A stretch of 64,000 nucleotides of DNA, taken from the IMG/VR virus record IMGVR_UViG_2974557979_000001. One strand, 5' to 3'. The translations under genes were made by a program, and so were the position numbers. How positions within the stretch are numbered: the stretch's first letter is position 1; each line of letters opens with the position of its first letter. Source of the DNA: a virus. Taxonomy: Duplodnaviria; Heunggongvirae; Uroviricota; Caudoviricetes; Straboviridae. Positions 8,177 to 18,276 of the stretch are shown here, piece by piece. The notes under the pieces are model-generated. The model had not been told where the DNA came from. It worked only from the letters and a program-made list of their open reading frames with translations, and ran no database searches.

Positions 8177-9686
8177 TGAACTTGCGTCTACTCTGAAAAC
8201 CAAAGAGAAAGAAGCAATTTTAAAACGTAATGCCGATAATGAATTATTGAAAGAAGTTTTCCGCATTACGTATACAAAACAGATTATGTTTTATGTGCGT
8301 CAATTTCCTCTGGTAGAAGGGAAACCAGGCACAACACCGCTTTCCGATGCAATCAAAGCATTACTGGAAGATTTAGCAAGCCGGAAATATACAGGCAATG
8401 CAGCGCGTGATCGTTTACTGGATATTGTATCATCAGTGAACATTAACGATCGTGAAGTGCTACGCCGTATCATTAACCGCGATCTGGAATGTGGTGCTGG
8501 CACAACCTTACCAAACAGGGTATGGAAGAAACTCATTCCTGAACAGCCTCAATGCCTCGCTACGCCGTTTAGTGAAAAGGCTTTACGTCGCATCATTTTC
8601 CCTGCTTACTCGCAGCTTAAAGCCGATGGTGCGCGTTGCATGGCTGATTTGCTGGAAGCATTAAACCGTAAGGTATCGAGAGCGGGTAACGAGTACGAAG
8701 GGTTAACTCAGCTTGATATCGATCTGAAAAAGATTCGCGATTATCTGGGATATGATGTAGTTCTGGATGGAGAATTGATTTATGTTCCTTCCGGAACCGT
8801 ACCAACATTACCTGAACCTGAAACAGACATGCCTTTTTCTTTATCTGCTTTCATGGACGATGATGATAACGACATTGCGTTATTTGCGGAAGAAGTTCGC
8901 AAAGTATCGACCCCAGAAGAAGAACAGGCCGAAGCAAAACGCGAAGAAGGGAACGGGATCGTAAACAAATCTCTGAAAGGGACGATCACCGAAGAAGAAC
9001 AGCGAAACATTGTTTATGTTGTTTGGGATATTATTCCATATGAGGTGTATTACGGCGAAGCTGAAAGTGTTCAGACTTATGATGAGCGGTTTAGCCTGTT
9101 GCGTGATATCCTCCTGGATCTTTCTCTGCCTTCTGTTCGTTTGATTCAGTCTAAGCTGGTTAATAACATTGCAGAAGCGAAGCAGGACTATAACAATTAC
9201 CGCAATGACGGTAAAGAAGGTTCTATTCTCAAAAACAGAAACTTCAAATGGAAAGATTCGCGAGTAGCCGATCAGGTTAAGCTGAAAAACAAAACCCCGA
9301 TTGAACTACGGATCATTGATATCTACGCGCACACTAAAGAAGACCATAAGGTCGGCGGGTTTGTGGTGGAAGATTTATCCGGAATGGCTCGAACGAATAC
9401 CGGATCTGGGTTAACTGATACCGATTATCGTTACGATGATGATGGTATTACCCGTGTATACATTCCATTAGATGAACGTGGTGAACTGGATCGCGAATAC
9501 ATCATGGCGCATAAAGATGAATACATTGGGGCCATTGTAGAAATGGAAGTTGACGGCCTCCAGAAGTCGAAAACGCGTAAGAAAGGGGAACCGGAATACA
9601 GTTTCTTCCTTCCTATTATCAAGAAGATAAGACGCGATAAGACCGAACCCGACGATATTCATATTGTCTTTGCAGATCTATTTTAA
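8157..9686 (+). CDS. 30: ATP-dependent DNA ligase gp30
   Basis: Collinear with T4 DNA ligase as I recall it: MILSILNEL..., KADGARC adenylation motif, NGIVNKSLKG, LDGELIY. Confidence 0.93.
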   Translation: MILSILNELASTLKTKEKEAILKRNADNELLKEVFRITYTKQIMFYVRQFPLVEGKPGTTPLSDAIKALLEDLASRKYTGNAARDRLLDIVSSVNINDREVLRRIINRDLECGAGTTLPNRVWKKLIPEQPQCLATPFSEKALRRIIFPAYSQLKADGARCMADLLEALNRKVSRAGNEYEGLTQLDIDLKKIRDYLGYDVVLDGELIYVPSGTVPTLPEPETDMPFSLSAFMDDDDNDIALFAEEVRKVSTPEEEQAEAKREEGNGIVNKSLKGTITEEEQRNIVYVVWDIIPYEVYYGEAESVQTYDERFSLLRDILLDLSLPSVRLIQSKLVNNIAEAKQDYNNYRNDGKEGSILKNRNFKWKDSRVADQVKLKNKTPIELRIIDIYAHTKEDHKVGGFVVEDLSGMARTNTGSGLTDTDYRYDDDGITRVYIPLDERGELDREYIMAHKDEYIGAIVEMEVDGLQKSKTRKKGEPEYSFFLPIIKKIRRDKTEPDDIHIVFADLF

Positions 9687-9687
9687 T

Positions 9688-9759
9688 AAAAAGCCCTTGA
9701 CTCCGGTCGGGGCTTTGTTATATTGCATATCGAAACGTAAATCACTAAGAGAATATATT
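9688..9759 (+). promoter_or_regulatory. terminator-hairpin/early-promoter/leader cassette (PeSL-like)
   Basis: Hairpin AAAGCCC-TTGACTCCGGTC-GGGGCTTT with TTGACT inside, 17 bp spacer, TATATT, then leader gcATATCGAAACg. Confidence 0.55.
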
Positions 9760-10329
9760 ATGACTAGTAGTTATCAGAAACACAAAACCCTTATGGCAAA
9801 CCTGTCCGGTAAACATATCGACGAAGTAAAATCTCTGCTGACAGTGACCGAAGGTTCCCGATTCGAAACAAATCACATTATCAAACCTTCTGTGAAGAAA
9901 GTACTGAAAGTGATTTACCGACATCCGGTGTATCAGTGCGTTCATATCATGAACAGCAACGCATTTATTTTCGTATATAACGAATCCGATGATAAGTGTG
10001 TTGGTATTTTCCGAAAACCTAACTTTGAATGCATGAGCGAAGCGGCTGTTGCAACCCCGATCGTTGAAGAATATCCGGATTATGTTCAACGCAACATGCG
10101 TTATGTGCAATCCCGACTTGATTATGCATACGATTTCAATTCTGACGCGGTAGAAGCGCTGGCGGATATCCTTTGCAAAAACCAGAAAGATCGTCAAATG
10201 ACAAAATATCTGACTGATCCAACACCGCCAACAATTCGAATTTCTGTTGAAGTTCCGTTTGAAAATCATTTCATGGCAGTTGAAGCGCTTGCTAAACTTG
10301 GTTTAGAAGTGAAAACAGAAGCCGTTTAA
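9760..10329 (+). CDS. hypothetical protein
   Basis: Start set to MTSSYQ downstream of the cassette. Confidence 0.5.
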   Translation: MTSSYQKHKTLMANLSGKHIDEVKSLLTVTEGSRFETNHIIKPSVKKVLKVIYRHPVYQCVHIMNSNAFIFVYNESDDKCVGIFRKPNFECMSEAAVATPIVEEYPDYVQRNMRYVQSRLDYAYDFNSDAVEALADILCKNQKDRQMTKYLTDPTPPTIRISVEVPFENHFMAVEALAKLGLEVKTEAV

Positions 10330-10344
10330 TAGCACTTTTTGTTA

Positions 10345-10417
10345 AAGAAGCCTCTTGCAATGCAGGGGGCTTTTTTGTATAGTGTGTTCATTGAAACGAA
10401 ACACGGAGATAAACAAA
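10345..10417 (+). promoter_or_regulatory. PeSL-like cassette
   Basis: Hairpin plus T-run, TTGCAA-17-TATAGT with extended TG, leader GTGTTCATTGAAACGAAACA. Confidence 0.55.
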
Positions 10418-10621
10418 ATGGCTCACATGATGAAGAAAGCAGAATTCCTTAACCTGGTTAAAGATTGCGGATTCGCTCACTTGAAAACTTTTCGTGGTAG
10501 TGTTTACCTCTATGACCGCGAAATCCAGGTTGCCGAAGTCTATTGCGCTTCTAACATGCAAGAATCTGGCATTATCTCTGCAATGAACCAATCAATCAAA
10601 TACCGTAAATGGATGGGCTGA
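10418..10621 (+). CDS. hypothetical protein
   Basis: Start MAHMMKK after RBS GGAG. Confidence 0.5.
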   Translation: MAHMMKKAEFLNLVKDCGFAHLKTFRGSVYLYDREIQVAEVYCASNMQESGIISAMNQSIKYRKWMG

Positions 10622-10800
10622 TTATGAAAGTTAACGTTTCTTATGAATCTCGCGTTAATGGCGCACAGTGGCGGAAGCTGGATAACGGACAAGTGGAAAG
10701 GCGCTTACCTGGTTCCGATGAGTGGACACTTGCGGCAGTGTTGGAAACCGAAATCGATCTGGCAACAAAAGACGGTATTTTGTTTGAGGTGAAGAAATGA
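10609..10800 (+). CDS. hypothetical protein
   Basis: ORF overlapping the upstream stop. Confidence 0.4.
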   Translation: MDGLIMKVNVSYESRVNGAQWRKLDNGQVERRLPGSDEWTLAAVLETEIDLATKDGILFEVKK

Positions 10801-10961
10801 TCACACTCAGTGATTATCTTCTGTTTACTGCTCTTTGGGCGGCTTCGATATTCATAACTGCTTTGATTTACAATAAACGTGATGATTTTGGGTTGTGGGT
10901 ATTCATTCACGGGTTTCCTCTTTCTATGTGGATCGTGATGACTGCTGAAATTCTCCATTAA
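10797..10961 (+). CDS. small membrane protein (54 aa)
   Basis: ATGA overlap with the upstream gene; one hydrophobic helix LLFTALWAASIFITALIY. Confidence 0.35.
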   Translation: MITLSDYLLFTALWAASIFITALIYNKRDDFGLWVFIHGFPLSMWIVMTAEILH

Positions 10962-11041
10962 TAGCACTTTTTGCTAAAACTATCTTGTTCTTGTTTGGTA
11001 TAGTGTGTTCATCGAAACGAAACAGACAAAAGGAACATCAC
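10962..11041 (+). promoter_or_regulatory. PeSL-like promoter/leader cassette
   Basis: TAATAGCACTTTTTGCTAAA repeated from 10328; TGgTATAGT extended -10; leader GTGTTCATCGAAACGAAACAGAC. Confidence 0.5.
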
Positions 11042-11332
11042 ATGAACTTCATCGATATCAACAAAGATTTGGAAGGTAAAAACATCAAACTCGTTAACCG
11101 TGAAATGTTAGAGAGTCTTGGTAACGGTGGCGAAAAATTCAGTGAAGAATTCTATAACAATTTATCGTTGATGACGGTCAAGCGCGTTGATGTTCAGGGT
11201 GGTTCTGGTTGGGTTTCTGCAATTCCGGTTTCCCTTGTAGATCAAGCAACATATGACCCAGTTGCTGATTCATGGGATCTGGAAATGCCGTTGGTATTCG
11301 AAGAAGTCATGAAGTGTTACGAAATCGCATAA
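11042..11332 (+). CDS. hypothetical protein
   Basis: Start MNFIDINKD. Confidence 0.5.
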   Translation: MNFIDINKDLEGKNIKLVNREMLESLGNGGEKFSEEFYNNLSLMTVKRVDVQGGSGWVSAIPVSLVDQATYDPVADSWDLEMPLVFEEVMKCYEIA

Positions 11333-11342
11333 GGGTATTATT

Positions 11343-11654
11343 ATGAATAGCGGAAAATTACAAATGGAAGTTAGCGAAGAAGAAGTTAAAGAGCGGTTAT
11401 CGGTAGCAAGAAGATTCCTTGAATCTATCGACCCTGATAAACTTGGAAAATGCCCTGATACGATTTGCCTTAATTGTGGGCGTTCTGTTCTTGTTGGTAA
11501 ATGCTGCGATAATCCAAATATAGTTGTGATGGAAAAGGAACAAGTATCCCCCGAAACATGGGATCAGATCCAGGAAATCATTAAAAACCCTCCAGCGCCA
11601 ACTAAGAAATTACGTGAATTGATGACAAGGAAAATGAAATATGAGCAAATTTAA
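11343..11654 (+). CDS. hypothetical Cys-rich protein
   Basis: CPDTICLNCG...KCCDNP cysteine cluster. Confidence 0.45.
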   Translation: MNSGKLQMEVSEEEVKERLSVARRFLESIDPDKLGKCPDTICLNCGRSVLVGKCCDNPNIVVMEKEQVSPETWDQIQEIIKNPPAPTKKLRELMTRKMKYEQI

Positions 11655-12018
11655 ATTGAGTGCAACCGTTCGCCTTATTCGTTGGAATGGTGAAGAGATC
11701 CGTTATGATGACCCTGAATTCGCCCATGAAATTCTTTCGCATCGTTTGGGATTGAAAAACGCGTCATTGGTTCAAACTGTTAAAACATCAGCAGAGCCGG
11801 AAATTTGGCGTTGTGTTATTCTGGATCTCGATAACAACATTGATTATGATGATCCTAAGAACTATCCGCTTCTGGAAGCACAAGTTGAGAATGCTCCAGA
11901 AGACAGACAGTGTTTTTTGGTTGAGTTGCCACGCGAACATTACGAAAACATCATAAAGGCCCGTAAAAAGGTCAATAACAATGTTTTCGATCTCCACCTC
12001 GGATTGTTTGAGGATTAA
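11641..12018 (+). CDS. hypothetical protein
   Basis: ORF overlapping the upstream stop. Confidence 0.45.
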   Translation: MSKFKLSATVRLIRWNGEEIRYDDPEFAHEILSHRLGLKNASLVQTVKTSAEPEIWRCVILDLDNNIDYDDPKNYPLLEAQVENAPEDRQCFLVELPREHYENIIKARKKVNNNVFDLHLGLFED

Positions 12019-13124
12019 GTACTGCTAGTTGTGTTCGTAGTAGCGGCGCTGGTAGGTTCCCCCACCTGTATACATTCAAGTGTTTGCAGGTGGAAATCTT
12101 TTGATACGTCTCGAACACATTCAACGATCAGATATTTTCCTGCATACTCTTCCCCAAATACCTCAATGATTGCCCCTACCTTAACATCTAAACGACCCTG
12201 CTTTATATCGAATCGGATCCGGCGTTCATAGCTGGATAACAATTGCATTTTAGACGCCTGGAAAGGTTTACCTTCTGAATCTGGGTTCTGAAAGTTGGTA
12301 TCATAGATTGCATTACGGTTTGTGAAGATCCATGTATTCTCTGTGTCTGTATCAGCCAGTATATCACCGTACATCTTTTTATCAGTCAATGACAAACTAA
12401 AGAAACTGGCGTCTTTAAACAGCGTTGTGTTATCCTTATGGGTAATGTACTGGGCTTCTGTGAATATGACAGTATCGCCAACAAACACGTTATCAACGTT
12501 AAATTTGTATGCTGGGATCGGTGTCTGGGCCAGAATGTCAGTTGAACTTTTAAGGAAAATACCGGAACCATCTTCCCACAGATAACAGAAATCAGAAGAA
12601 ACTACACTTTGCCCGTTGTCCCTGATATAATCGAATATATCCTGATATGTACCATTTAGACATCCAGGAGGGATACGTATGTTACCGCCGTCAACTTCGG
12701 GGGTAAGTAGTTTCATTTTGCTATACAGTGCCGTCATACACTCTGTAATCGTCTGTACGGCGTTGTTACTAAATGAACGGGCAAACTTACGTCTGAACGT
12801 TTTATGCAGCGGAGAGAGGTTCATACGCAGCACAGAGCGGTTTTTATCGTCAGTATCTACGTTAGAGTAAAGCAATCCGTAATAATGTTGTTCCTGTGTA
12901 CCGTTATACTGGAAAGATACCTGTATGATCGGCTGGATAAGTTGCTGATAGATTAACTGTGCGTCGTATATCTGCATCAGCGTTTCCGATGAGCCGTTAA
13001 TCATCGTCTTTTCACTAAACGAGACAAGAGCGGGTAGCAATTCAGTATATGCGTTATCAATATATTTTTCGTATGATGTATATAATTTAATCGATGTTAT
13101 TCGATTGACGATTTTTTCAGCCAT
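12015..13124 (-). CDS. 27: baseplate hub protein gp27-like
   Basis: N-terminus SIKLYTSYEKYIDNAYTEL resembles T4 gp27 (SVKLFDSYDAWSNNRFVEL); Ser/Thr-rich C-tail; transcribed divergently from gp28. Confidence 0.55.
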   Translation of the reverse strand: MAEKIVNRITSIKLYTSYEKYIDNAYTELLPALVSFSEKTMINGSSETLMQIYDAQLIYQQLIQPIIQVSFQYNGTQEQHYYGLLYSNVDTDDKNRSVLRMNLSPLHKTFRRKFARSFSNNAVQTITECMTALYSKMKLLTPEVDGGNIRIPPGCLNGTYQDIFDYIRDNGQSVVSSDFCYLWEDGSGIFLKSSTDILAQTPIPAYKFNVDNVFVGDTVIFTEAQYITHKDNTTLFKDASFFSLSLTDKKMYGDILADTDTENTWIFTNRNAIYDTNFQNPDSEGKPFQASKMQLLSSYERRIRFDIKQGRLDVKVGAIIEVFGEEYAGKYLIVECVRDVSKDFHLQTLECIQVGEPTSAATTNTTSST

Positions 13125-13144
13125 AAAAATCCCTCCTAATATAT

Positions 13145-13166
13145 CCTATTTACTAAATAGTAAATA
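13145..13166. promoter_or_regulatory. bidirectional late-promoter-like element
   Basis: Palindromic CTATTTACTAAATAGTAAATA between divergent genes 27 and 28; the CTAAATAG core recurs upstream of the late genes 3, 53 and 6. Confidence 0.35.
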
Positions 13167-13193
13167 ATGACCCAGGTTCAATTTGAGGCAATA

Positions 13194-13769
13194 ATGAAAA
13201 ATAAAACTCTTGATAAATTTATGACTACACGGCTTGAAATCAAGAAGACTAACGTTAAAACCGTTCATCTTCCGGATGGAACAGCCATTGAGATCCCTAA
13301 GATGTCGTATCGTCATTTTGTAAAGATTAAGACTCTGAAAGATGACCCAGTTGCGATCATGCGATTCATCATTGATGACATCAAACCGCGTGAACTAACA
13401 GCAGCGGAAATTGAATTTGTGTTGATCCATATGTATGCACACAATAACGCTGATTATGCCAATACGCTTAAAGAAATTGGGCTAAATCTTGATGACCTCA
13501 AAATCTCCGAACCTTGCTATGATTTTACGTTTGACAATGTGCGGTTAGTCTTTGACAAACCCAGCCTGTTAAATGCTCACCTTCCGTTCCTCATCAAAGA
13601 GGCATATGTTGACGGTAAGCCAGTAGAATTAACTGAGGATAAACGAGACGAATTAATTAATTGCCTGTACCGATTCGAATATGATCAGGTATCGCGTGGT
13701 GTCCTCCAGGAAGTATACATTATTCATGAGGGGAAAACCATCAAAGGGCTTAACATCATTGGTGAATGA
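13194..13769 (+). CDS. 28: baseplate hub distal subunit gp28-like
   Basis: Positional (immediately upstream of gp29 with ATGA overlap) and size-based; start set at the Met with RBS GAGG. Confidence 0.45.
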   Translation: MKNKTLDKFMTTRLEIKKTNVKTVHLPDGTAIEIPKMSYRHFVKIKTLKDDPVAIMRFIIDDIKPRELTAAEIEFVLIHMYAHNNADYANTLKEIGLNLDDLKISEPCYDFTFDNVRLVFDKPSLLNAHLPFLIKEAYVDGKPVELTEDKRDELINCLYRFEYDQVSRGVLQEVYIIHEGKTIKGLNIIGE

Positions 13770-15547
13770 TAATGGCTAACTCTTATTTCAACGAAGAACA
13801 AAAGAAAAAGTTTCTGAACAGAAACAACAACAAACAACCAGCGGTCACCAAAGTAACAGCCTCCCTTGATGCTGAAAGCGCCCGTGACCTAAAGGAAATC
13901 AACGATAACACCCTTGAAAGTGCAATCAATACTCTTGATATCAAAGAAGGGTTGAAATCGTTCGAAGAAAAATTCCGTGACAAATTCGCGGGGTTCAAAG
14001 AACAATACGAAGAGGATAAAAAGGAATCATTAGCCGAACAACTACCTGATTTCGTCGGCCCGATCCGTCCTATATCCTTAACCGATGATAACTCAAAAAC
14101 TGTTGACAATACAGTAAACGTTAACCAAAATGGTCAGTTCGGTAAGCTGGAAGAAAACACCGAATCTATTTTTCATGCTATTAACAAACTTGTTGATTTA
14201 TATGAAAATACTGATAAGCATAAGCCGCTTCCTGAACCAGTGGAAGAACCCGATCCGTATGTAGACACTAAGAAAAAACGCATCAATGATGATGATGACA
14301 AAAGAAGCAAAACTCTGGATCGTATTGCTAAAAGTCTGGTATCTATTAAAGGCTTTACATCGCAGATCCTTAGCCGTTTCATTGGTTACTCTCTGGAAGC
14401 AATGGCAAAGTTTGCTAAATGGACGCTCCTTATTGGTTCGTTAATCTTTACATTCGATGTGTTGCGCGTCACAATACGCAAATGGTTCGAAGATATCCTG
14501 AAAGAAGGGGAATCCTCAAAAAAACTATTTGGTACATATCTGGGTAACGTAAAGGCTATCGTAACAAAGATCGAAGAAGGTTTGAACAACTTTAATATGA
14601 ACAACTTAGGCGAATCACTTCGTGACTTGTTCGTTGAGCCTATGAAGTTATTGGGGCAAACTGTACAAACGGCAATCACTGAGGGTATCGGTCGTCTTAT
14701 TCAATCATTGGGTGAATCAACTGGTATAGACAGCATTACCAATGCCGGACGCGGAATGCAGATCACCGCTTTACGTGATAAACAGAAATTTGGTCTTGAA
14801 TTGACTAAAGAAGATATTCTTATGATCAAGAAACAGGAACTAGAAGACCAAAAAGCGGCATTAGAAAAAGAAGATAAAGCTATTGCAGCACGTCATGCAT
14901 TAACAATAACTCCTTCTCAAATTCCTAATGGTTCTATCTATAAAGTTGCTCCTACTGATTATCAAGAAAGAAATCAGAAAACCGTAGATGCTGATAAAGA
15001 ACGGCTTGATAATATGAAGAAAGCAACGGAAGAAATGCAGAAACAATACGATTTAGCTAAAAGCAGCGAAGAGGAAGCACAAAAATTAGCCGATGAGGAA
15101 AACAAACGCAACCGCGCACGTATAGAAGAAGCAAAAAGGTTAGAACAAGCGAGGAAGGAAGGAAAACAGCCGCCAGAAGGTGAAGAGAAAAAGGGTGATG
15201 ATCTGTTGGGTAAAGCAACCAACTATGCTAACTCTGAAAATCTGGATGCAGCCGATATCAAATACATTAACGATGAACTGTTGGATCAGCTTGAAAAACG
15301 TCGTAATGAAGGTAATCTGGACGATGTACAGAAGGATAGAATCTCTGACCTTATCGAGCAATTGCAAAACAAGATTGCAGCCCGTACAGAATCCAGCACC
15401 CCGATCGACGCACAGCCACCGTTAGCAGCAAATAAACCGGATGCTGATAAAGCAAGCAACATTCAGGTTAACAACAAAACTGTTAACAACAACGTAACTC
15501 ATTCAGTACAACGCACAGAGCATAAACCGCTCGTAGCGCTGGCATAA
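13766..15547 (+). CDS. 29: baseplate hub/tail-length determinator gp29-like
   Basis: 593 aa (T4 gp29 is about 590), long coiled-coil Lys/Glu-rich regions, position between gp28 and gp48. Confidence 0.55.
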   Translation: MIMANSYFNEEQKKKFLNRNNNKQPAVTKVTASLDAESARDLKEINDNTLESAINTLDIKEGLKSFEEKFRDKFAGFKEQYEEDKKESLAEQLPDFVGPIRPISLTDDNSKTVDNTVNVNQNGQFGKLEENTESIFHAINKLVDLYENTDKHKPLPEPVEEPDPYVDTKKKRINDDDDKRSKTLDRIAKSLVSIKGFTSQILSRFIGYSLEAMAKFAKWTLLIGSLIFTFDVLRVTIRKWFEDILKEGESSKKLFGTYLGNVKAIVTKIEEGLNNFNMNNLGESLRDLFVEPMKLLGQTVQTAITEGIGRLIQSLGESTGIDSITNAGRGMQITALRDKQKFGLELTKEDILMIKKQELEDQKAALEKEDKAIAARHALTITPSQIPNGSIYKVAPTDYQERNQKTVDADKERLDNMKKATEEMQKQYDLAKSSEEEAQKLADEENKRNRARIEEAKRLEQARKEGKQPPEGEEKKGDDLLGKATNYANSENLDAADIKYINDELLDQLEKRRNEGNLDDVQKDRISDLIEQLQNKIAARTESSTPIDAQPPLAANKPDADKASNIQVNNKTVNNNVTHSVQRTEHKPLVALA

Positions 15548-15557
15548 GGAACATATA

Positions 15558-16631
15558 ATGAAGTTTTCTATTATTGATGACAGTATAAACACTCTCAAAA
15601 ATATTAAAAATCGCGGTATCCCCTCTGGGGGTGCCGCAATCACAGAATCAGTATTAAAGCAAACTATCGTTACCGCCGAATTTCCGGCCCAACGTGCAGC
15701 AGGTATCGATAACGCTTATAATGCTTCGAGTCTGTATAATAACGGCCTTCTGTTCACTGCATATGATTTTAATGGTGTTGGTAGTAAAGACAACTATCGT
15801 TCATTACGTCAGGCAGCACAGAACCCAAAACAAATACTATCATCTGCGACGGGTAATGTTAAGTACAAACAAGTGTTGAATAGTTCTATTGGTACTATGG
15901 AACCTGTTTGCCAGATCCTGCTACCGCGAAGCCTGAACGATAACGAAGTAAACAGCCACCGCTATCAAGATGCAAACGATAGTTTCTTAACCAAAGGGTT
16001 GAGCCGTGTTGTTTCAAACATGGTATGGGGCGCTGTAGAATCCGTTTCAGGCGGTATTATGGCAGACCGAAGAGAAGCCCTTGATGTTGGTACTAAAGCC
16101 GCTTTCCAGGGTTCTGACAAGCGAACAAAGATGTATTACAATACATTCGTGATTGAAAGCCGTAATGATTTGCTGGAACTGATTAAAATCTACTATCTGT
16201 TTACTGTTCTGGGATATGGCACAACTTCTGGCGGTACTGCTAAAGAGGTTGCTGCATTGGTTAAACAGTATTACGGTGTTCTGGGTGCTAAAACCGCTAA
16301 CGCAATTAGCCCTTCCAGTAACCCAGTAACAGCGTCAGATTTTGATAATAGTCTGGGTAATGACGTGGTTGATTTCATTTCAAACGTAGAGGTTATTAAA
16401 TCGCCTCCTGTCTGGTTTATTCGTGATTTCCAGTCTGGGGATTCCTTGCGTTTACCTCATTCAACCTTTGGGCCAGCAGGTATTACCAGTGTTCGCTTTG
16501 GTCGTTCTATTGATAATATTGTAAATACATTAAGAGAATCACCAAATACCCCGATCTCACTTGAGGTCGAAATTCAATTTATGGAACTGATCGATATGCG
16601 TCAGGATTCTATTTTTGATACAAATTACTAA
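15558..16631 (+). CDS. 48: baseplate tail tube cap gp48-like
   Basis: 357 aa immediately upstream of gp54; positional and size match to T4 gp48 (about 364 aa). Confidence 0.55.
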   Translation: MKFSIIDDSINTLKNIKNRGIPSGGAAITESVLKQTIVTAEFPAQRAAGIDNAYNASSLYNNGLLFTAYDFNGVGSKDNYRSLRQAAQNPKQILSSATGNVKYKQVLNSSIGTMEPVCQILLPRSLNDNEVNSHRYQDANDSFLTKGLSRVVSNMVWGAVESVSGGIMADRREALDVGTKAAFQGSDKRTKMYYNTFVIESRNDLLELIKIYYLFTVLGYGTTSGGTAKEVAALVKQYYGVLGAKTANAISPSSNPVTASDFDNSLGNDVVDFISNVEVIKSPPVWFIRDFQSGDSLRLPHSTFGPAGITSVRFGRSIDNIVNTLRESPNTPISLEVEIQFMELIDMRQDSIFDTNY

Positions 16632-16637
16632 GGAGAT

Positions 16638-17504
16638 ATGATGTTTTACAACGTAGATGAATTTTTATCAGGTATGGCTAATCGCGATTTTCAGCGTAGC
16701 AACCTGTTTAGCGTTGTATTTGCAACCAGCCCTGCATCACGTATCCTTGACAACACGATCGGTAGTATTCGAGATACTTTGATTGATGGATCTATTAGTT
16801 CTATCAACGCAAACAACCCGAACGAATTCATTAATGCTATCACTGGCGGTGTGAGTAAATTGTTTAGTTACACCGTCGATAAGGCGATTATGTCGCTGAA
16901 CAAAACAGGATTTAGCAAAATCATCGGGGCAATTAGCCCCCGTTTGATTACTTCCCTGTTTGGTGATAGCATGTATGGACAACTGCTATCTGAATTCCGT
17001 GATGAAATGATGTATAATATGGGTTTAAGCATTATGGGAGTTAACCTCCCTGGTAAATCCATTGGGTACGAATACGTTTATAATGGTGGCGTACCTCAAA
17101 TCAGATTCACTCGCCCTGAGAATGGGGAATTGTCATTGACGTTCCGCACCGATTCAGAAGCCCGTAACCTGAAAATCTTTAACGAATGGATTTCCGCTAT
17201 TCGCGATGATGTAACAGGACAATACGCCTTCATTGATGAAGTGACAAGTACTATTCAGGTTAACTTACACGATCGTGATGGTTCACCGCATACAACATAC
17301 GTATTTCAGAAGTGCTTGCCCGTCAAAATCAGTAACAGTGAATTGAGCTATGAGAACAACAACGAAATCTGGACATTTACTGTTGATTTTGCCTATAAAA
17401 CATCATGGGTTGTTGAGGCTGATAAAGAAGGCTGGGAAGGGTTCAAACAATCTGTAGAGGAAGGTTTAGCCATTGCAGCACGTACCGCAATTACAGGACA
17501 ATAA
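16638..17504 (+). CDS. 54: baseplate tail tube initiator gp54
   Basis: NRDFQRSNLFSVVFATSPAS matches T4 gp54 NADFQRNNMFSCVFATTPS; also MYNMGLSIMGV, PHTTYVFQKCLP. Confidence 0.85.
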   Translation: MMFYNVDEFLSGMANRDFQRSNLFSVVFATSPASRILDNTIGSIRDTLIDGSISSINANNPNEFINAITGGVSKLFSYTVDKAIMSLNKTGFSKIIGAISPRLITSLFGDSMYGQLLSEFRDEMMYNMGLSIMGVNLPGKSIGYEYVYNGGVPQIRFTRPENGELSLTFRTDSEARNLKIFNEWISAIRDDVTGQYAFIDEVTSTIQVNLHDRDGSPHTTYVFQKCLPVKISNSELSYENNNEIWTFTVDFAYKTSWVVEADKEGWEGFKQSVEEGLAIAARTAITGQ

Positions 17505-17525
17505 AGGGGCCACGGCCCCTTTTGA
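17505..17525 (+). terminator. hairpin (attenuator/terminator)
   Basis: AAAGGGGCCACGGCCCCTTTT. Confidence 0.4.
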
Positions 17526-17532
17526 GGATCTT

Positions 17533-18276
17533 ATGTTTGATATTATTCGAGTAACATTACCATCAGGGATCAAACGATTCCCTATGTTTACAGTTAAAGA
17601 CCAGTTTAAACTAATGCTGACCCGTATTGATATGGAAGGTCGGCCCCTTAAAGAGCAACAGGAAATACTGGATGAAGTGTTGGATCTGCTTTACCCTGGG
17701 TATTCCAAAACAGAACAGGAATATATTTTCAGCCGGGTGTATTGTGGTTCGTTCGGTAAAAACGTTATCAAGGTTGTGATAGGCGGTAAAGGCGGGGGCC
17801 ACTCCGAAGCCTTCATGGTGATTAATGATATTCAACTGGAAAACGAATACAAGCTGAATGATGAAATCACATTAGGGTTTAACTTCCCCCGTACACGCAA
17901 TACAAGCGAAGAGTTGTTTCTTGAATGTATCAGTTATGTAATATACAACGAACAGCGCTATGAATGGACATCACTAACCGAAGAAACGAAAGAGAATATT
18001 CTTGATATAGTCGAACTTGATGATGTCGAAAAAATAGTTACTATGCTAACGAAATCGGTTGATGTGTCTATGCGCGGTAAATCATTTAGTGGTATGTTAA
18101 CCCTGTTCAAGATCCTTTTTAGTCGTGGGGATCTGGATGAATTTGTGAAAACCAACTATCTGCTAAATAAAAACGGCCTGAACCTGGAACCTATCATGAA
18201 TAGTAGCCCAATGGAAAGGCAAATTTATACTGCATTGCTTGCAGAAGACTTGAAAAAACAAGGTGCTGTTAAATGA
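17533..18276 (+). CDS. 51: baseplate hub assembly protein gp51-like
   Basis: 247 aa, positioned before gp26-gp25 as in T4 51-26-25; start set at the Met after RBS GAGGA. Confidence 0.4.
   Translation: MFDIIRVTLPSGIKRFPMFTVKDQFKLMLTRIDMEGRPLKEQQEILDEVLDLLYPGYSKTEQEYIFSRVYCGSFGKNVIKVVIGGKGGGHSEAFMVINDIQLENEYKLNDEITLGFNFPRTRNTSEELFLECISYVIYNEQRYEWTSLTEETKENILDIVELDDVEKIVTMLTKSVDVSMRGKSFSGMLTLFKILFSRGDLDEFVKTNYLLNKNGLNLEPIMNSSPMERQIYTALLAEDLKKQGAVK

Noticed and set aside
9687-9759. Treating the hairpin after the ligase purely as a terminator
   Set aside because: The hairpin embeds TTGACT and is followed at 17 bp by TATATT, so it is more likely a combined terminator-promoter (PeSL-like) element than a simple terminator.
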